This document shows, one piece after another, positions 27,829 through 36,829 of a DNA stretch of 64,000 nucleotides (positions are counted from its first letter, which is position 1; every line of letters begins with the position of its first letter). The notes below the pieces were generated by a model, which searched no databases, was not told the origin of the DNA, and saw only the letters and a program-made list of their open reading frames with translations. Source of the stretch: a virus; the IMG/VR virus record IMGVR_UViG_3300025131_000013, positions 29,476 through 93,475 of that record. One strand, given 5' to 3'. The position numbers and the translations under genes are program-made.

Positions 27829-29787
27829 ATGGCCGAGTATAAAGTTCCAGAACTCGCGTATGAGTTTCCTAGCGAGGACATTACCGCTGAGAGCGGATAT
27901 CGTGTCCTTTCTGTTGATCTCAACAACGGTCGGTTTATGTGGGACCTTGAAGTATTCCGGCAGCTTGAGCGGGCTACCTCTTGGTATCAGGAGTTAGGTG
28001 CGTTTCCGACTCACGCCTTGATATTTGTAGATACAACAAGAGGTATTGTTGAGATCTATGATAGAAAGGATAATACGACTTGGGCCACGTTTACAGCGGG
28101 AGCAAATAACTTCCTGCTGAATTCTACTGCTATAAACGACATCGACTTTGTTGATGGTGTGCTAGCGGTGGCGGATGATACGAACGGGCTACAGTTGGTT
28201 GATTTCGTTCGGGACGCAGGATACCGCTATGATACGAATGGCCTATACGTTAAGGTAGGGGACATAGCGGATCGTGACGGTGCCCTCGGTGAGCTTCTGG
28301 TTAATACGATCATCCAGCTTAACCACGATGACGTAACCTCGGTGAGTATGGCCCGAGACCACGACGACCAGTATGTGGAGATGGACATCGGTCGAACTGT
28401 TCCGGATATTTTGGTCACTACGGATGATGAGGTGACTCTCCTTAAAGCGAGAGATCACGCATCGAACGAGCAGGCAGCCTACGATCTGGGCACCGCCTCT
28501 ATAGTAGGATTGTATTGCGTCATCACCCCAGACGGGCACTGCTTTAGCGCATACTCTGATGTTACGAACGATAAGGTGCGGTGGGATAAGACTGCCGGCA
28601 TTATCGCTGATACGTGGCCTGCGGCAAACGATACGATTCATGGCGGTGGAACTACGGGAGGTGGTATTAATCCTGTATCATCTGGAGCCGTGATCTCAAT
28701 GATTGGCGCCATACCAGGTGTGTCAGCGGCTGATGGTGCTTCGCCAGTGTTGGCAATTGGAACAGACGAGGGGCTGACGCTAAAGCATCTGGATGATACG
28801 AACGAGTCTGATGGTATCACTTTCTTTTTCGACAATGTGGCGGCCCATCCCCCGTTGGCTGGGAAAGCAACACTCAAGGACTCGTGGTGGCTAGGATCGG
28901 TTGCCGGCCTACAAGGAAAGACCCTTACGAATGGCGGAACTGTAACCTTTGCTGCCGCCGTTACGGGTAACGGTGCGGTATTTACGGAGGGTGGAGCGAC
29001 CGTCCTGTCCAGGACTGGTGACGCCGATCTAGATACGGGCACCGATGACTTCGCTATAGGGTTCTACTTCAAATCGACGAATGCGGCAAATCCAGGATCT
29101 TCGGTCAACCTCCTTAACCTTGAGGATGCCGGCGGTCAGGATATGCTGGAGATTTTCGCCAATACGTCCGGTCAGATCGTTGCTCGTATTACGGATGACT
29201 CCGGTGCTACTTGGGATACGATAACGACAACGGCTGACTACTACAACGCTTTGTGGCATTCGCTGATGCTGGTCCGGGACAACAGCACTCTCTATCTTTA
29301 TATAGATGGAAAGCAGGCAGGGACCGTAGCGGTGACGAATGCTGCTACTGCTCTCGACTTCGCTGAGATCTACGTAGGGAATGATAAGGCGGCAGGCACC
29401 GGATTCGGCGGGACGATGGATGATCTGTTCTTCTGGCAGCTGACGGATGCTACGAACGCAGCGAGACACTTCTCAAGGTTCTGGCACCGGAGAATGCAGT
29501 CAGGACTCAATAACGCTTCTATCGGGACCGAGCTAGATTTGGCTCCGGTCACTTGGGTTTCCTCAGACCATGAAGGCGAGCACTTCATGTTCGGTGACGC
29601 GAATGACATGTATGTGATTGATCGTTTCGGGATCATCATCCAGAACACTGCTACTCCTGGAGGGACTATCCAAGACGGAGATATATGGACCCTGCCTGGA
29701 GCAGCAGGATTTGCCTACGCTCTTGGGACTACTACTACTGTTAATGTCCAGCAGGTGAATGTCGACCTCGCTGATATCCTGCTCTAA
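27829..29787 (+). CDS. LamG/concanavalin-like adhesin with beta-propeller segments
   Basis: DFAIGFYFKS...ALWHSLMLVRDNSTLYLYIDG...FGGTMDDL is a LamG-like jelly-roll. Confidence 0.8.
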   Translation: MAEYKVPELAYEFPSEDITAESGYRVLSVDLNNGRFMWDLEVFRQLERATSWYQELGAFPTHALIFVDTTRGIVEIYDRKDNTTWATFTAGANNFLLNSTAINDIDFVDGVLAVADDTNGLQLVDFVRDAGYRYDTNGLYVKVGDIADRDGALGELLVNTIIQLNHDDVTSVSMARDHDDQYVEMDIGRTVPDILVTTDDEVTLLKARDHASNEQAAYDLGTASIVGLYCVITPDGHCFSAYSDVTNDKVRWDKTAGIIADTWPAANDTIHGGGTTGGGINPVSSGAVISMIGAIPGVSAADGASPVLAIGTDEGLTLKHLDDTNESDGITFFFDNVAAHPPLAGKATLKDSWWLGSVAGLQGKTLTNGGTVTFAAAVTGNGAVFTEGGATVLSRTGDADLDTGTDDFAIGFYFKSTNAANPGSSVNLLNLEDAGGQDMLEIFANTSGQIVARITDDSGATWDTITTTADYYNALWHSLMLVRDNSTLYLYIDGKQAGTVAVTNAATALDFAEIYVGNDKAAGTGFGGTMDDLFFWQLTDATNAARHFSRFWHRRMQSGLNNASIGTELDLAPVTWVSSDHEGEHFMFGDANDMYVIDRFGIIIQNTATPGGTIQDGDIWTLPGAAGFAYALGTTTTVNVQQVNVDLADILL

Positions 29788-29796
29788 GGAAACGTA

Positions 29797-31392
29797 ATGA
29801 GAACCCTTTCTAAATTTGGATTATCAGATGACTCCATAGCATCGGGCATCTTATCAGGCATTCCTGCTGGGGACTACACCGATCCTACTCTATATGGAAC
29901 GACTAGGATATGGTGGGATGCCACCAATACCTTGTTCCGATCTAAGATAGGGTCAGACCCTGCCTCCGAGACTGATGGCGCTCCAGAGTCTCATCTTACT
30001 CAGGTCTACGGTGATGAGTCCGATGGAGCCGTGGCTAATGCTACGGACGTAGATATTGAGGCTACTACGATTGCTCAATCTGGAGTCGTTACTCCAGCTT
30101 CTAATCGGATCTGGCGAGCTACAGGGAATGTTACCCTAACTCAGACGGTTGATGTAGTCCAACAGGACGGTCAAGCTCGTAGTCCTTTCCCGTTGAGACA
30201 AGGATCTCCAGGAATCGAGCTTGGCGCCATTATGGCGGCTATCGGATCGAAGGGGATGCCGGTTCCAATAAGGCCTGGTGGAGATGGAACAGGGCTTATT
30301 GGCGGTATTATCCAGATTATCTCTGGAGGCGATGTATCGGTTGGCGCAGCGATGTCTGCTTTAGGGACTAACGCTTCAGGAGATGGCGGTGGAGGCGGTG
30401 GAATAGTAATTATAGTTGCCGCTGGAACTATTTCTGGCGCTAGTGCTATTGACGTATCAGCGGGGGATGGACACGCTACTGCGGCTGCCCAAGGAGGCGG
30501 TGGAGGCTACTCAGGCGGATGGGGAGGTCACGGTGGTTGGGCGGGAGCGGGTGGAGGCGATGCGTATATAGGTAGGACGCCTGGAGCATCTGGAGCAGGG
30601 TATAAGGTTGCTCAAGCTGGCGGAGGTGGATACCAGGGTGGCGGTGGAGGCGGGTGTATAGATGCGGTTGGAGTTACTACTGGATCCACAGCTGGTGGCG
30701 CTGGAGGTGATGGAACGGCTTTCTTGAACTTTGATCAGCAGAAAGAAGATTTGACTGATCACTGGACTGACGCAGTAGAGGTTTGGAATGCTGCTGTGGC
30801 TGGTTCCAACTCGGGATGTTGTGCCGGTGGTGCAGCTGGAGTAAATGGAGGCGGTGGAGGTGGAGGCGGTGGTCGACCGGGATCTGCTGGAGCCGCAGGA
30901 GCAAATGGTGGAGCAGGAGGTGACGCGGGTTCGGGTGGTGGAGCAGGAGGCGCGTGTAATATCACTGGAACTGCTGGCAATGGAGGTGCTGGAGCCGCAG
31001 GATCTAACTACGCATACTCTTTGACTAATAAGGACGTGTTTACTGGGATGCCTGGTGGCCAGGGAGGCGGTGGAGGCGGTGGCTTAGGCAAACTTCAGAA
31101 CGGCTGTTCTGATGGTTCTGCTGGAGCAGGCGGTGCTGGAGGTGCGTCACCTGGACCATTCGTAGGTAGTATGGGTAATGGATCTGGCGGGGCAGGCGGG
31201 ACAGGAGAGACTCCTAGTGGTGGTGATGGTGATGGCGGTGACGGAGGCGATGGAGGAAATGGTGGCGGTGGCGCTGGCCTAGTTATCCTTGTTGCCCCTA
31301 CTATTACCTACAATGGAACTGTAACCGGAAAGCTCGTGAAGATAGCAGGCACAGACGCTGAGAACATCCTTAGAAGTGTATTCGGTAGCTAA
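29797..31392 (+). CDS. Glycine-rich tail fibre/adhesin (polyglycine-II type)
   Basis: Long GGGGG/GGAGG runs; GGGGGIVIIVA and GGGAGLVILVA motifs; ends ...VFGS. Confidence 0.75.
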   Translation: MRTLSKFGLSDDSIASGILSGIPAGDYTDPTLYGTTRIWWDATNTLFRSKIGSDPASETDGAPESHLTQVYGDESDGAVANATDVDIEATTIAQSGVVTPASNRIWRATGNVTLTQTVDVVQQDGQARSPFPLRQGSPGIELGAIMAAIGSKGMPVPIRPGGDGTGLIGGIIQIISGGDVSVGAAMSALGTNASGDGGGGGGIVIIVAAGTISGASAIDVSAGDGHATAAAQGGGGGYSGGWGGHGGWAGAGGGDAYIGRTPGASGAGYKVAQAGGGGYQGGGGGGCIDAVGVTTGSTAGGAGGDGTAFLNFDQQKEDLTDHWTDAVEVWNAAVAGSNSGCCAGGAAGVNGGGGGGGGGRPGSAGAAGANGGAGGDAGSGGGAGGACNITGTAGNGGAGAAGSNYAYSLTNKDVFTGMPGGQGGGGGGGLGKLQNGCSDGSAGAGGAGGASPGPFVGSMGNGSGGAGGTGETPSGGDGDGGDGGDGGNGGGGAGLVILVAPTITYNGTVTGKLVKIAGTDAENILRSVFGS

Positions 31393-31404
31393 AGAGAGGA
31401 CGAT

Positions 31405-31857
31405 ATGCCAACGCCTGAAGAACTAGCTGATCAGATAGCCAAGCTTGACGCTGATAGAGCTATACTGGAAAAGAAGCTCGTTGAAGATCCTATCAACGAG
31501 ATTACTTTCAAATCAGCGGTCGATATAGTTGCTGCTGATCCCCTAATGTCGTCAATCGGAGTGGCGGTAGTTAAGTCAGAGATACACCCTCAATGGTGTA
31601 GTCTCGACTTTCCTGTTGGCGCTGCTTCAGGATTCCAAGCGTTGGCTATGAGGCAGATGATACAGCTTATGCTGTCTCTCGGTGCTGAGCCTGGATTCAA
31701 AGTGGTGGAGAACGGAGCCAAGAGTAGGCTGCCCTACAGGGTATACGTGGCTATTACGAATATCAACGAGTGTATTGAGGCTGTGAGGGTTATGGCTTTG
31801 ACTGACTCCCAGAGAGTGTTGGAGTATGCCGTTGAGGCAGACGAGGCAAGTATATGA
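31405..31857 (+). CDS. Hypothetical protein, paralog of 35659-36081
   Basis: SD GAGGA; coiled-coil N-terminus then PQWCSLDFPV..ASGF...GAEP. Confidence 0.65.
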   Translation: MPTPEELADQIAKLDADRAILEKKLVEDPINEITFKSAVDIVAADPLMSSIGVAVVKSEIHPQWCSLDFPVGAASGFQALAMRQMIQLMLSLGAEPGFKVVENGAKSRLPYRVYVAITNINECIEAVRVMALTDSQRVLEYAVEADEASI

Positions 31858-32489
31858 TCTCAGGTGATATCAAATCCAACGGCTGCGCTCTGCTCCCAGG
31901 AGTAGTGACTGGACCGTCGACTAAGATTATGATCGAGACTCTCAACGGGATGCTAGAAACCCTGGAAGAGATGTCTAGGGTTAATGGCTTGATAGTCAGA
32001 GAGACATTCTCAGACTTCTTCAATCTCCCACAGATAACGGATGTAGTCAAGGACGTTCTTGGGACTGATAGTCCTATCCTTTTGGCTACGAGAGGGAATG
32101 CTAGTGTCTCTAGTGATCCCGGTGATCCGCCTCATTCTAACAATTATGAGTGGGGTAATATTGCCCCAGGAATCTCGATAGTCACGGCCTGTCTCTATCT
32201 GGATAAGATAGACGATACGTCAGGCACGTTTGCTTACTGTCCAGGATCCCATCTGAAGTATTACCCTCCTTATACGGAAGTCCCGACCCAAGCAGATATA
32301 GACGCGGGGACATATGAGGAAGTCTACGCAGAGGCGGGTGACGTTCTCTTTAGGATACCGGAAGTCTGGCATGCTGTAAGGCCGATAGGAAACCCAAGAA
32401 GATATATCACAGGCTTCTGGGTGAATCCTGATAACGCGGGCAAGTTCCTCTCAGAGCGGGTGGAGCGATTTTTGGAGGTTCGGGCCTAA
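31854..32489 (+). CDS. PhyH-like Fe(II)/2-oxoglutarate dioxygenase
   Basis: VTACLYLD...GTFAYCPGSH...AEAGDVLF..EVWHAVRP...R; first metal motif reads H-S-N. Confidence 0.82.
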   Translation: MISGDIKSNGCALLPGVVTGPSTKIMIETLNGMLETLEEMSRVNGLIVRETFSDFFNLPQITDVVKDVLGTDSPILLATRGNASVSSDPGDPPHSNNYEWGNIAPGISIVTACLYLDKIDDTSGTFAYCPGSHLKYYPPYTEVPTQADIDAGTYEEVYAEAGDVLFRIPEVWHAVRPIGNPRRYITGFWVNPDNAGKFLSERVERFLEVRA

Positions 32490-32710
32490 TGAGAACTATA
32501 TCGAGATTCTCTGTCACCGCTCCATTACCGGGTTCAGTTCCTGACGGGACGTTCACTGATCCGTTTATCTACGGGACTACATACGTCTGGCATGACTCGG
32601 TGAACAATGTGATGAGGAAGCAACTTACTACCCCGGTTACTGAGACTGAGGGAGAGATTCTGATGGAGGCTGAGGATTCACCACCAACAGCAGGTGTTAG
32701 TGATTTCTAG
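32489..32710 (+). CDS. Small protein homologous to the N-terminus of the Gly-rich fibre
   Basis: MRTISRFS..VPDGTFTDPFIYGTTYVWHD..P.TETEG versus MRTLSKFG..IPAGDYTDPTLYGTTRIWWD..PASETDG. Confidence 0.75.
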   Translation: MRTISRFSVTAPLPGSVPDGTFTDPFIYGTTYVWHDSVNNVMRKQLTTPVTETEGEILMEAEDSPPTAGVSDF

Positions 32711-32720
32711 GAGGATGGGG

Positions 32721-35642
32721 ATGAGAAAGTATTTCAGTCAAGTAGCTTTAGCACTACTTTTATTAGTAGGGGTGACGTTTGCTCAGACTCACCACTCGAA
32801 CAAGAAGATATTGTTTCATAAGGCTATTGGTGTCTTGCCTGATAGCCTTATTATGGTGAATCCTGATACCACGATCACCGGATTCAGCGCAAACATCGTC
32901 AAGCGTTACAGCCTGAACGACCCTGCCGTGATGTGGGACCGTGATGCGTTTCAGGCGAAGGTCAGCGTGTCGAGCATCGGCACACGCGGCGATACGACTG
33001 ATGCGTGGCCGACGAACTTTGCTATTGTATCAGCACAAGAGTCTGCCACAGACTCGCTTGGTATCATTAACACGGACACAGGCGAACAGTGGATGTGGTT
33101 TGTCGCGGGGGCGTCGTATATGCTTGGCAATGGCGCATCTGCCGTTTTTGCCAACAGCGTGTTCTTGGATGGAGTCCTCTACGTTGCCGTCGATGGGACA
33201 GGATTATTTGTCATCGACTTTCTTAGAGAGACGAGTGATTACGTTCTGGACCAAAACTCCTACAGGTTCAAGGGGAACATTTCCGAGAGGAACACAGGCG
33301 CAGGAATCATTCAGTATGCGAAGTATCCGCCCATCACGAACGCGGATGTTAATGTCGTCGACGCGATCCGCGATCCAGAGGGCGGCATGGACGAGTTCGG
33401 GCGACCGTTGCACTATTGGGTGGTGGGAACTGATGGCGGTATCTCCGAATACAATCCCATCGACAACGCCATTTGGGACTCTGGGGGGACTGACGATGGC
33501 GATATTGTTAGGCTGATGGACCGGGGGGATGTGTGGTGGGCGTATGAAGATCCAACACGATACTGGGTGTATAGAACCGCTCCCATTCAGTCGCACTACA
33601 AAAATGGGTTTGGCCCACCGGGGGGTGGCGAGTATGCAGACGCGGGGGTTGGTGGAACAGATATTCCGTGGACAACATCAGCAGTTGTTACGAGCTTTAC
33701 CGTTCCAGTTGGTTCTGTGACGCACGATGGCGCACCTGTTGTAATTATTGGGTCGGACGAGGGCTTGATGATTTCGCAAAACAAGCCATTCGTATTGCCC
33801 TCTGGGTCCGCAAACAGTTCCCTCACCCACACCATCGATGCCACGCAGAACGCGCCACTGTGGTCAGGCGTGGTTGTGGACTCGTATCCACTTGAAGATG
33901 CAACGGGGATGTTTGGTGAGGATCTGACTGACGAGGGCGTGACCTTCTCGTCGGCTGTAATCGGTAATGGCGTAGTCCTTGATGGCACCAACATTATGTA
34001 TCGTAACAACGATGCGACCTACACGCCAACAGGGACGATGGGGACCGATCTGTATATGACTGTCGCGTTTTGGGTGAAATCAAGCTACGCAGACAGTTGG
34101 GATCCACTCCTTGCTTTGACAGAAGGCACGACCCCCGGTAACGATTGGTTCAGTATTTTCCCGTGGGCTGGTGTCGTCTACGTGCGAATAACTTCCAATG
34201 CCAACTCAACTGCCGAGACAGTAGATACACAGATTGATGTTCTCGATAATACGTGGCACCATATTGCCTTCACTATTGGTGCAACTGAGTTACGGTGTTA
34301 TTTGGACGGGATTCTTATAGATACGGATGCGTCACTTACCTCATTCTCAGGGGTTCCAGCGTGGGATACATTCACAGTTGGCGACCTACACGATGGGTTC
34401 ACTGGTGCTGGTTCGATGTTTATAGGCACACTCGACCAAATCCTCCTGACGTATCGGGAGCTTACAGCCAAAGAGGTCAGGCACCTACATCAGCGCGGTC
34501 GTGACGCGCTACAACATAACGCCATCGGTGACGATGCCCTCGTAGGCGCATCGGTGCAAGACGTGGAAGCGGCAGAGGACGGTTCGATTTGGGTTCTCGC
34601 AGGAGCATCGACTTCAGCCGACTCAACGTTGCACCGCTTAACGCCGACAGGCATCCCGACAGACACGCTCACAGCAAGCGGTCTGGTTGACATAGACGTG
34701 TGGAACGTGAACGGAGCCAAGCCAGACAGCTCCATCGAATCCTACGGCGTGGCGATGGCATTGGGCACTGGCGGTCTGCGGCTGATACAGCCCAATCCGG
34801 TGGTTGCTGACAGGTGGGCGGGATACAACAAGAGCGGCGTTCACGGCGCGTGGTATGGAGGCGGGATTGCGGCGTGGGCAAGGTATCAGTTGAACGGGAC
34901 CGCCAGAGTAGATTCTGCCGGAGCCTACGGTTCGTATTACAACGTCCAAGACGCGCTTGACGCGGGTGGCGCAAACGTTCGTGTCGATGTTGGGGTTGGG
35001 ACATACCCCCCGTTTGATTATTCAGCGGATGGCCAACAGGTATGGGGGGTTTCGTGGGGGGCTGTCATTGACGGTGCCAACACTGATGATGCCGTAGAGT
35101 TTGGTGGTGTCTATGACAATTGCGTTCTCGCCAACATCACAGCGAAGACCACTTCCAGTGGCCCTGGCTATGATGCGGTTGATCTGTCACAGTCGGGATC
35201 GGAATACTTCTTGGCGTGGCGGGTTCGCGTCCCTGACTCCGACAACTACGGATTCAATATTTCGGTTTCGTGTCCGTATATCAGGATCATAGACTGCCAT
35301 GTCGACGATGCCGATGTGTTTGGGATATACATTGCTGGCTCGGCGTATTTTATGATCAAGGGCAATCACATCGGAACCAGTGGTGGAGGTCCACCAAATG
35401 AAGGCATCTACATTGATCATACTGCCGCCAATGGGTTCGTGTCAGAGAACAATGTTGTGATGGCAGGGTCTCCAGAGATACATATCTTGGGTAACAAGAT
35501 CGGCGTTTCTGATAATTGGGTAGACGGCACGATCACCCTTCACACGAACAGCAATGACTGCCTGACCTCTGGAAATATTGTTAACACGTCGATCACGAAT
35601 AGTGGAACATCTAACACGGTTGGAGACGTTGAAGTCTTCTAA
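32721..35642 (+). CDS. Signal-peptide-bearing LamG + parallel beta-helix (pectate-lyase-like) protein
   Basis: SD AGGAGG; MRKYFSQVALALLLLVGVTFA|Q. LamG (VAFWVKS..TWHHIAFT..CYLDG..GTLDQI). YYNVQDALDA..VGVGTY begins a beta-helix. Paralog of 27829-29787. Confidence 0.8.
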   Translation: MRKYFSQVALALLLLVGVTFAQTHHSNKKILFHKAIGVLPDSLIMVNPDTTITGFSANIVKRYSLNDPAVMWDRDAFQAKVSVSSIGTRGDTTDAWPTNFAIVSAQESATDSLGIINTDTGEQWMWFVAGASYMLGNGASAVFANSVFLDGVLYVAVDGTGLFVIDFLRETSDYVLDQNSYRFKGNISERNTGAGIIQYAKYPPITNADVNVVDAIRDPEGGMDEFGRPLHYWVVGTDGGISEYNPIDNAIWDSGGTDDGDIVRLMDRGDVWWAYEDPTRYWVYRTAPIQSHYKNGFGPPGGGEYADAGVGGTDIPWTTSAVVTSFTVPVGSVTHDGAPVVIIGSDEGLMISQNKPFVLPSGSANSSLTHTIDATQNAPLWSGVVVDSYPLEDATGMFGEDLTDEGVTFSSAVIGNGVVLDGTNIMYRNNDATYTPTGTMGTDLYMTVAFWVKSSYADSWDPLLALTEGTTPGNDWFSIFPWAGVVYVRITSNANSTAETVDTQIDVLDNTWHHIAFTIGATELRCYLDGILIDTDASLTSFSGVPAWDTFTVGDLHDGFTGAGSMFIGTLDQILLTYRELTAKEVRHLHQRGRDALQHNAIGDDALVGASVQDVEAAEDGSIWVLAGASTSADSTLHRLTPTGIPTDTLTASGLVDIDVWNVNGAKPDSSIESYGVAMALGTGGLRLIQPNPVVADRWAGYNKSGVHGAWYGGGIAAWARYQLNGTARVDSAGAYGSYYNVQDALDAGGANVRVDVGVGTYPPFDYSADGQQVWGVSWGAVIDGANTDDAVEFGGVYDNCVLANITAKTTSSGPGYDAVDLSQSGSEYFLAWRVRVPDSDNYGFNISVSCPYIRIIDCHVDDADVFGIYIAGSAYFMIKGNHIGTSGGGPPNEGIYIDHTAANGFVSENNVVMAGSPEIHILGNKIGVSDNWVDGTITLHTNSNDCLTSGNIVNTSITNSGTSNTVGDVEVF

Positions 35643-35658
35643 AAATGGAGGATACACG

Positions 35659-36081
35659 ATGCGATTTATTACCACAGCAATCGCGACACTGGTGCTTACG
35701 GGCGCGGTGTTCGCACAAGACTCAGTAGATCCAGAGATTTCGGTATTACAAGCTAAGATCGACAGCATCCGCGAAGTGCGTAATCTTGCCGAGCGCGAGG
35801 CGACATTGGCGTGGGCCGACTCCGTTGCAGTTGCCAATTCATTGCAAGTAACAGGCGTGTCGTTCAAGGTGGACAGTCGCGACCCGCAGTGGATTATGGT
35901 AGACGTTCCCCTGTCCACGTCCACGGGTTTTGAGTTCGCTTTCTGGCTTGCCAAGTTAGCCGAAGCGAAGAACGAATACGGAGCCAAGCCGTCAGGCACG
36001 ATGGGCTGCGTCAGGGTGCGGAAGGACAGGGCAATCAAGTTTCTTGAGAGCACCAAGAACGATCTGGAAATAGGGGGATAG
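35659..36081 (+). CDS. Signal-peptide-bearing hypothetical protein, paralog of 31405-31857
   Basis: SD GGAGGA; MRFITTAIATLVLTGAVFA|Q; PQWIMVDVPL..STGF...GAKP. Confidence 0.75.
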   Translation: MRFITTAIATLVLTGAVFAQDSVDPEISVLQAKIDSIREVRNLAEREATLAWADSVAVANSLQVTGVSFKVDSRDPQWIMVDVPLSTSTGFEFAFWLAKLAEAKNEYGAKPSGTMGCVRVRKDRAIKFLESTKNDLEIGG

Positions 36082-36252
36082 ACGATGGGTGACAGGTTGC
36101 GAACCCCTTATAAGGAGACAGGGCGAGGCGTTTTTTTTGAAATGGGTTGGCGTAAATATGTTTTGATTTCAGTCAACGCTTGATTTTGTTTCTAGTGTTT
36201 TGGAAGTTTGGAAAACACCCAACAGTGTAACACTCATCAAGGAGGCAGTTTA

Positions 36253-36639
36253 ATGGAACCATTCGCAGGTGGGGAACTCGCAACTTTGACTGCTGGTGCG
36301 ATTTTCACCAGACTTGGTATCATCTTCGCTTTGGCGTTTGCCTTGGCGTTTGTTGTAGAGAGTGCTCTGGATGGCATCTTCACATATCGTCGGTTCAAGT
36401 CCTTTTTTGATGCTGGATACGGAGTCAAATACCCGATAGCTGTGCTCTGCTCCTACCTTGTATGTAGTGGGGTGGGAGTAGATTTAATTGTGATGCTGAC
36501 GACCGGGAATTTGATTCCTTCTTTGACGGTCCACTTTACTCCTGGCCTACTTTTGATGGCCTTTTTTGTCGCCAGAGGCAGTAAGTATGTTGCGACACGT
36601 TTCGGCGAACTGAAGCAGCAGGTAGAAAAATTCTCGTAA
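36253..36639 (+). CDS. Holin-like 3-TM membrane protein
   Basis: SD AAGGAGG; three hydrophobic segments; GLLLMAFFVARGSKYV and a charged C-terminus. Confidence 0.6.
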   Translation: MEPFAGGELATLTAGAIFTRLGIIFALAFALAFVVESALDGIFTYRRFKSFFDAGYGVKYPIAVLCSYLVCSGVGVDLIVMLTTGNLIPSLTVHFTPGLLLMAFFVARGSKYVATRFGELKQQVEKFS

Positions 36640-36643
36640 GTCC

Positions 36644-36661
36644 AATTACGCAGAATGTATA
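36644..36661 (+). promoter_or_regulatory. Putative phage promoter motif, copy 1
   Basis: AATTACGCAGAATGTATA is near-identical to 54698-54716. Confidence 0.5.
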
Positions 36662-36702
36662 GGTAGGCGTCCGATTCGTCGTCGGACGTTGTAGTCATCG
36701 TC

Positions 36703-36745
36703 AAGCGGGGCAGGTTTCGTCACCTGTCCCGCTTTCTTTTTCTTT
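36703..36745 (+). terminator. Strong intrinsic terminator ending the structural region
   Basis: AAGCGGGGCAGGT-TTCGTC-ACCTGTCCCGCTT followed by TCTTTTTCTTT. Confidence 0.85.
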
Positions 36746-36829
36746 AGCGACACGCCTGTGAACATCGTATACTATACTAGTCCGGTAGGCTATCGGGCAA
36801 CGCCTCTTTGTAGGCCATTCTAACCAGTA

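Noticed and set aside
17885-36081. Diversity-generating retroelement or invertible cassette acting on the adhesins
   Set aside because: No reverse transcriptase or invertase in the window and no near-identical TR/VR or inverted repeats noticed; the paralogy is old and protein-level.
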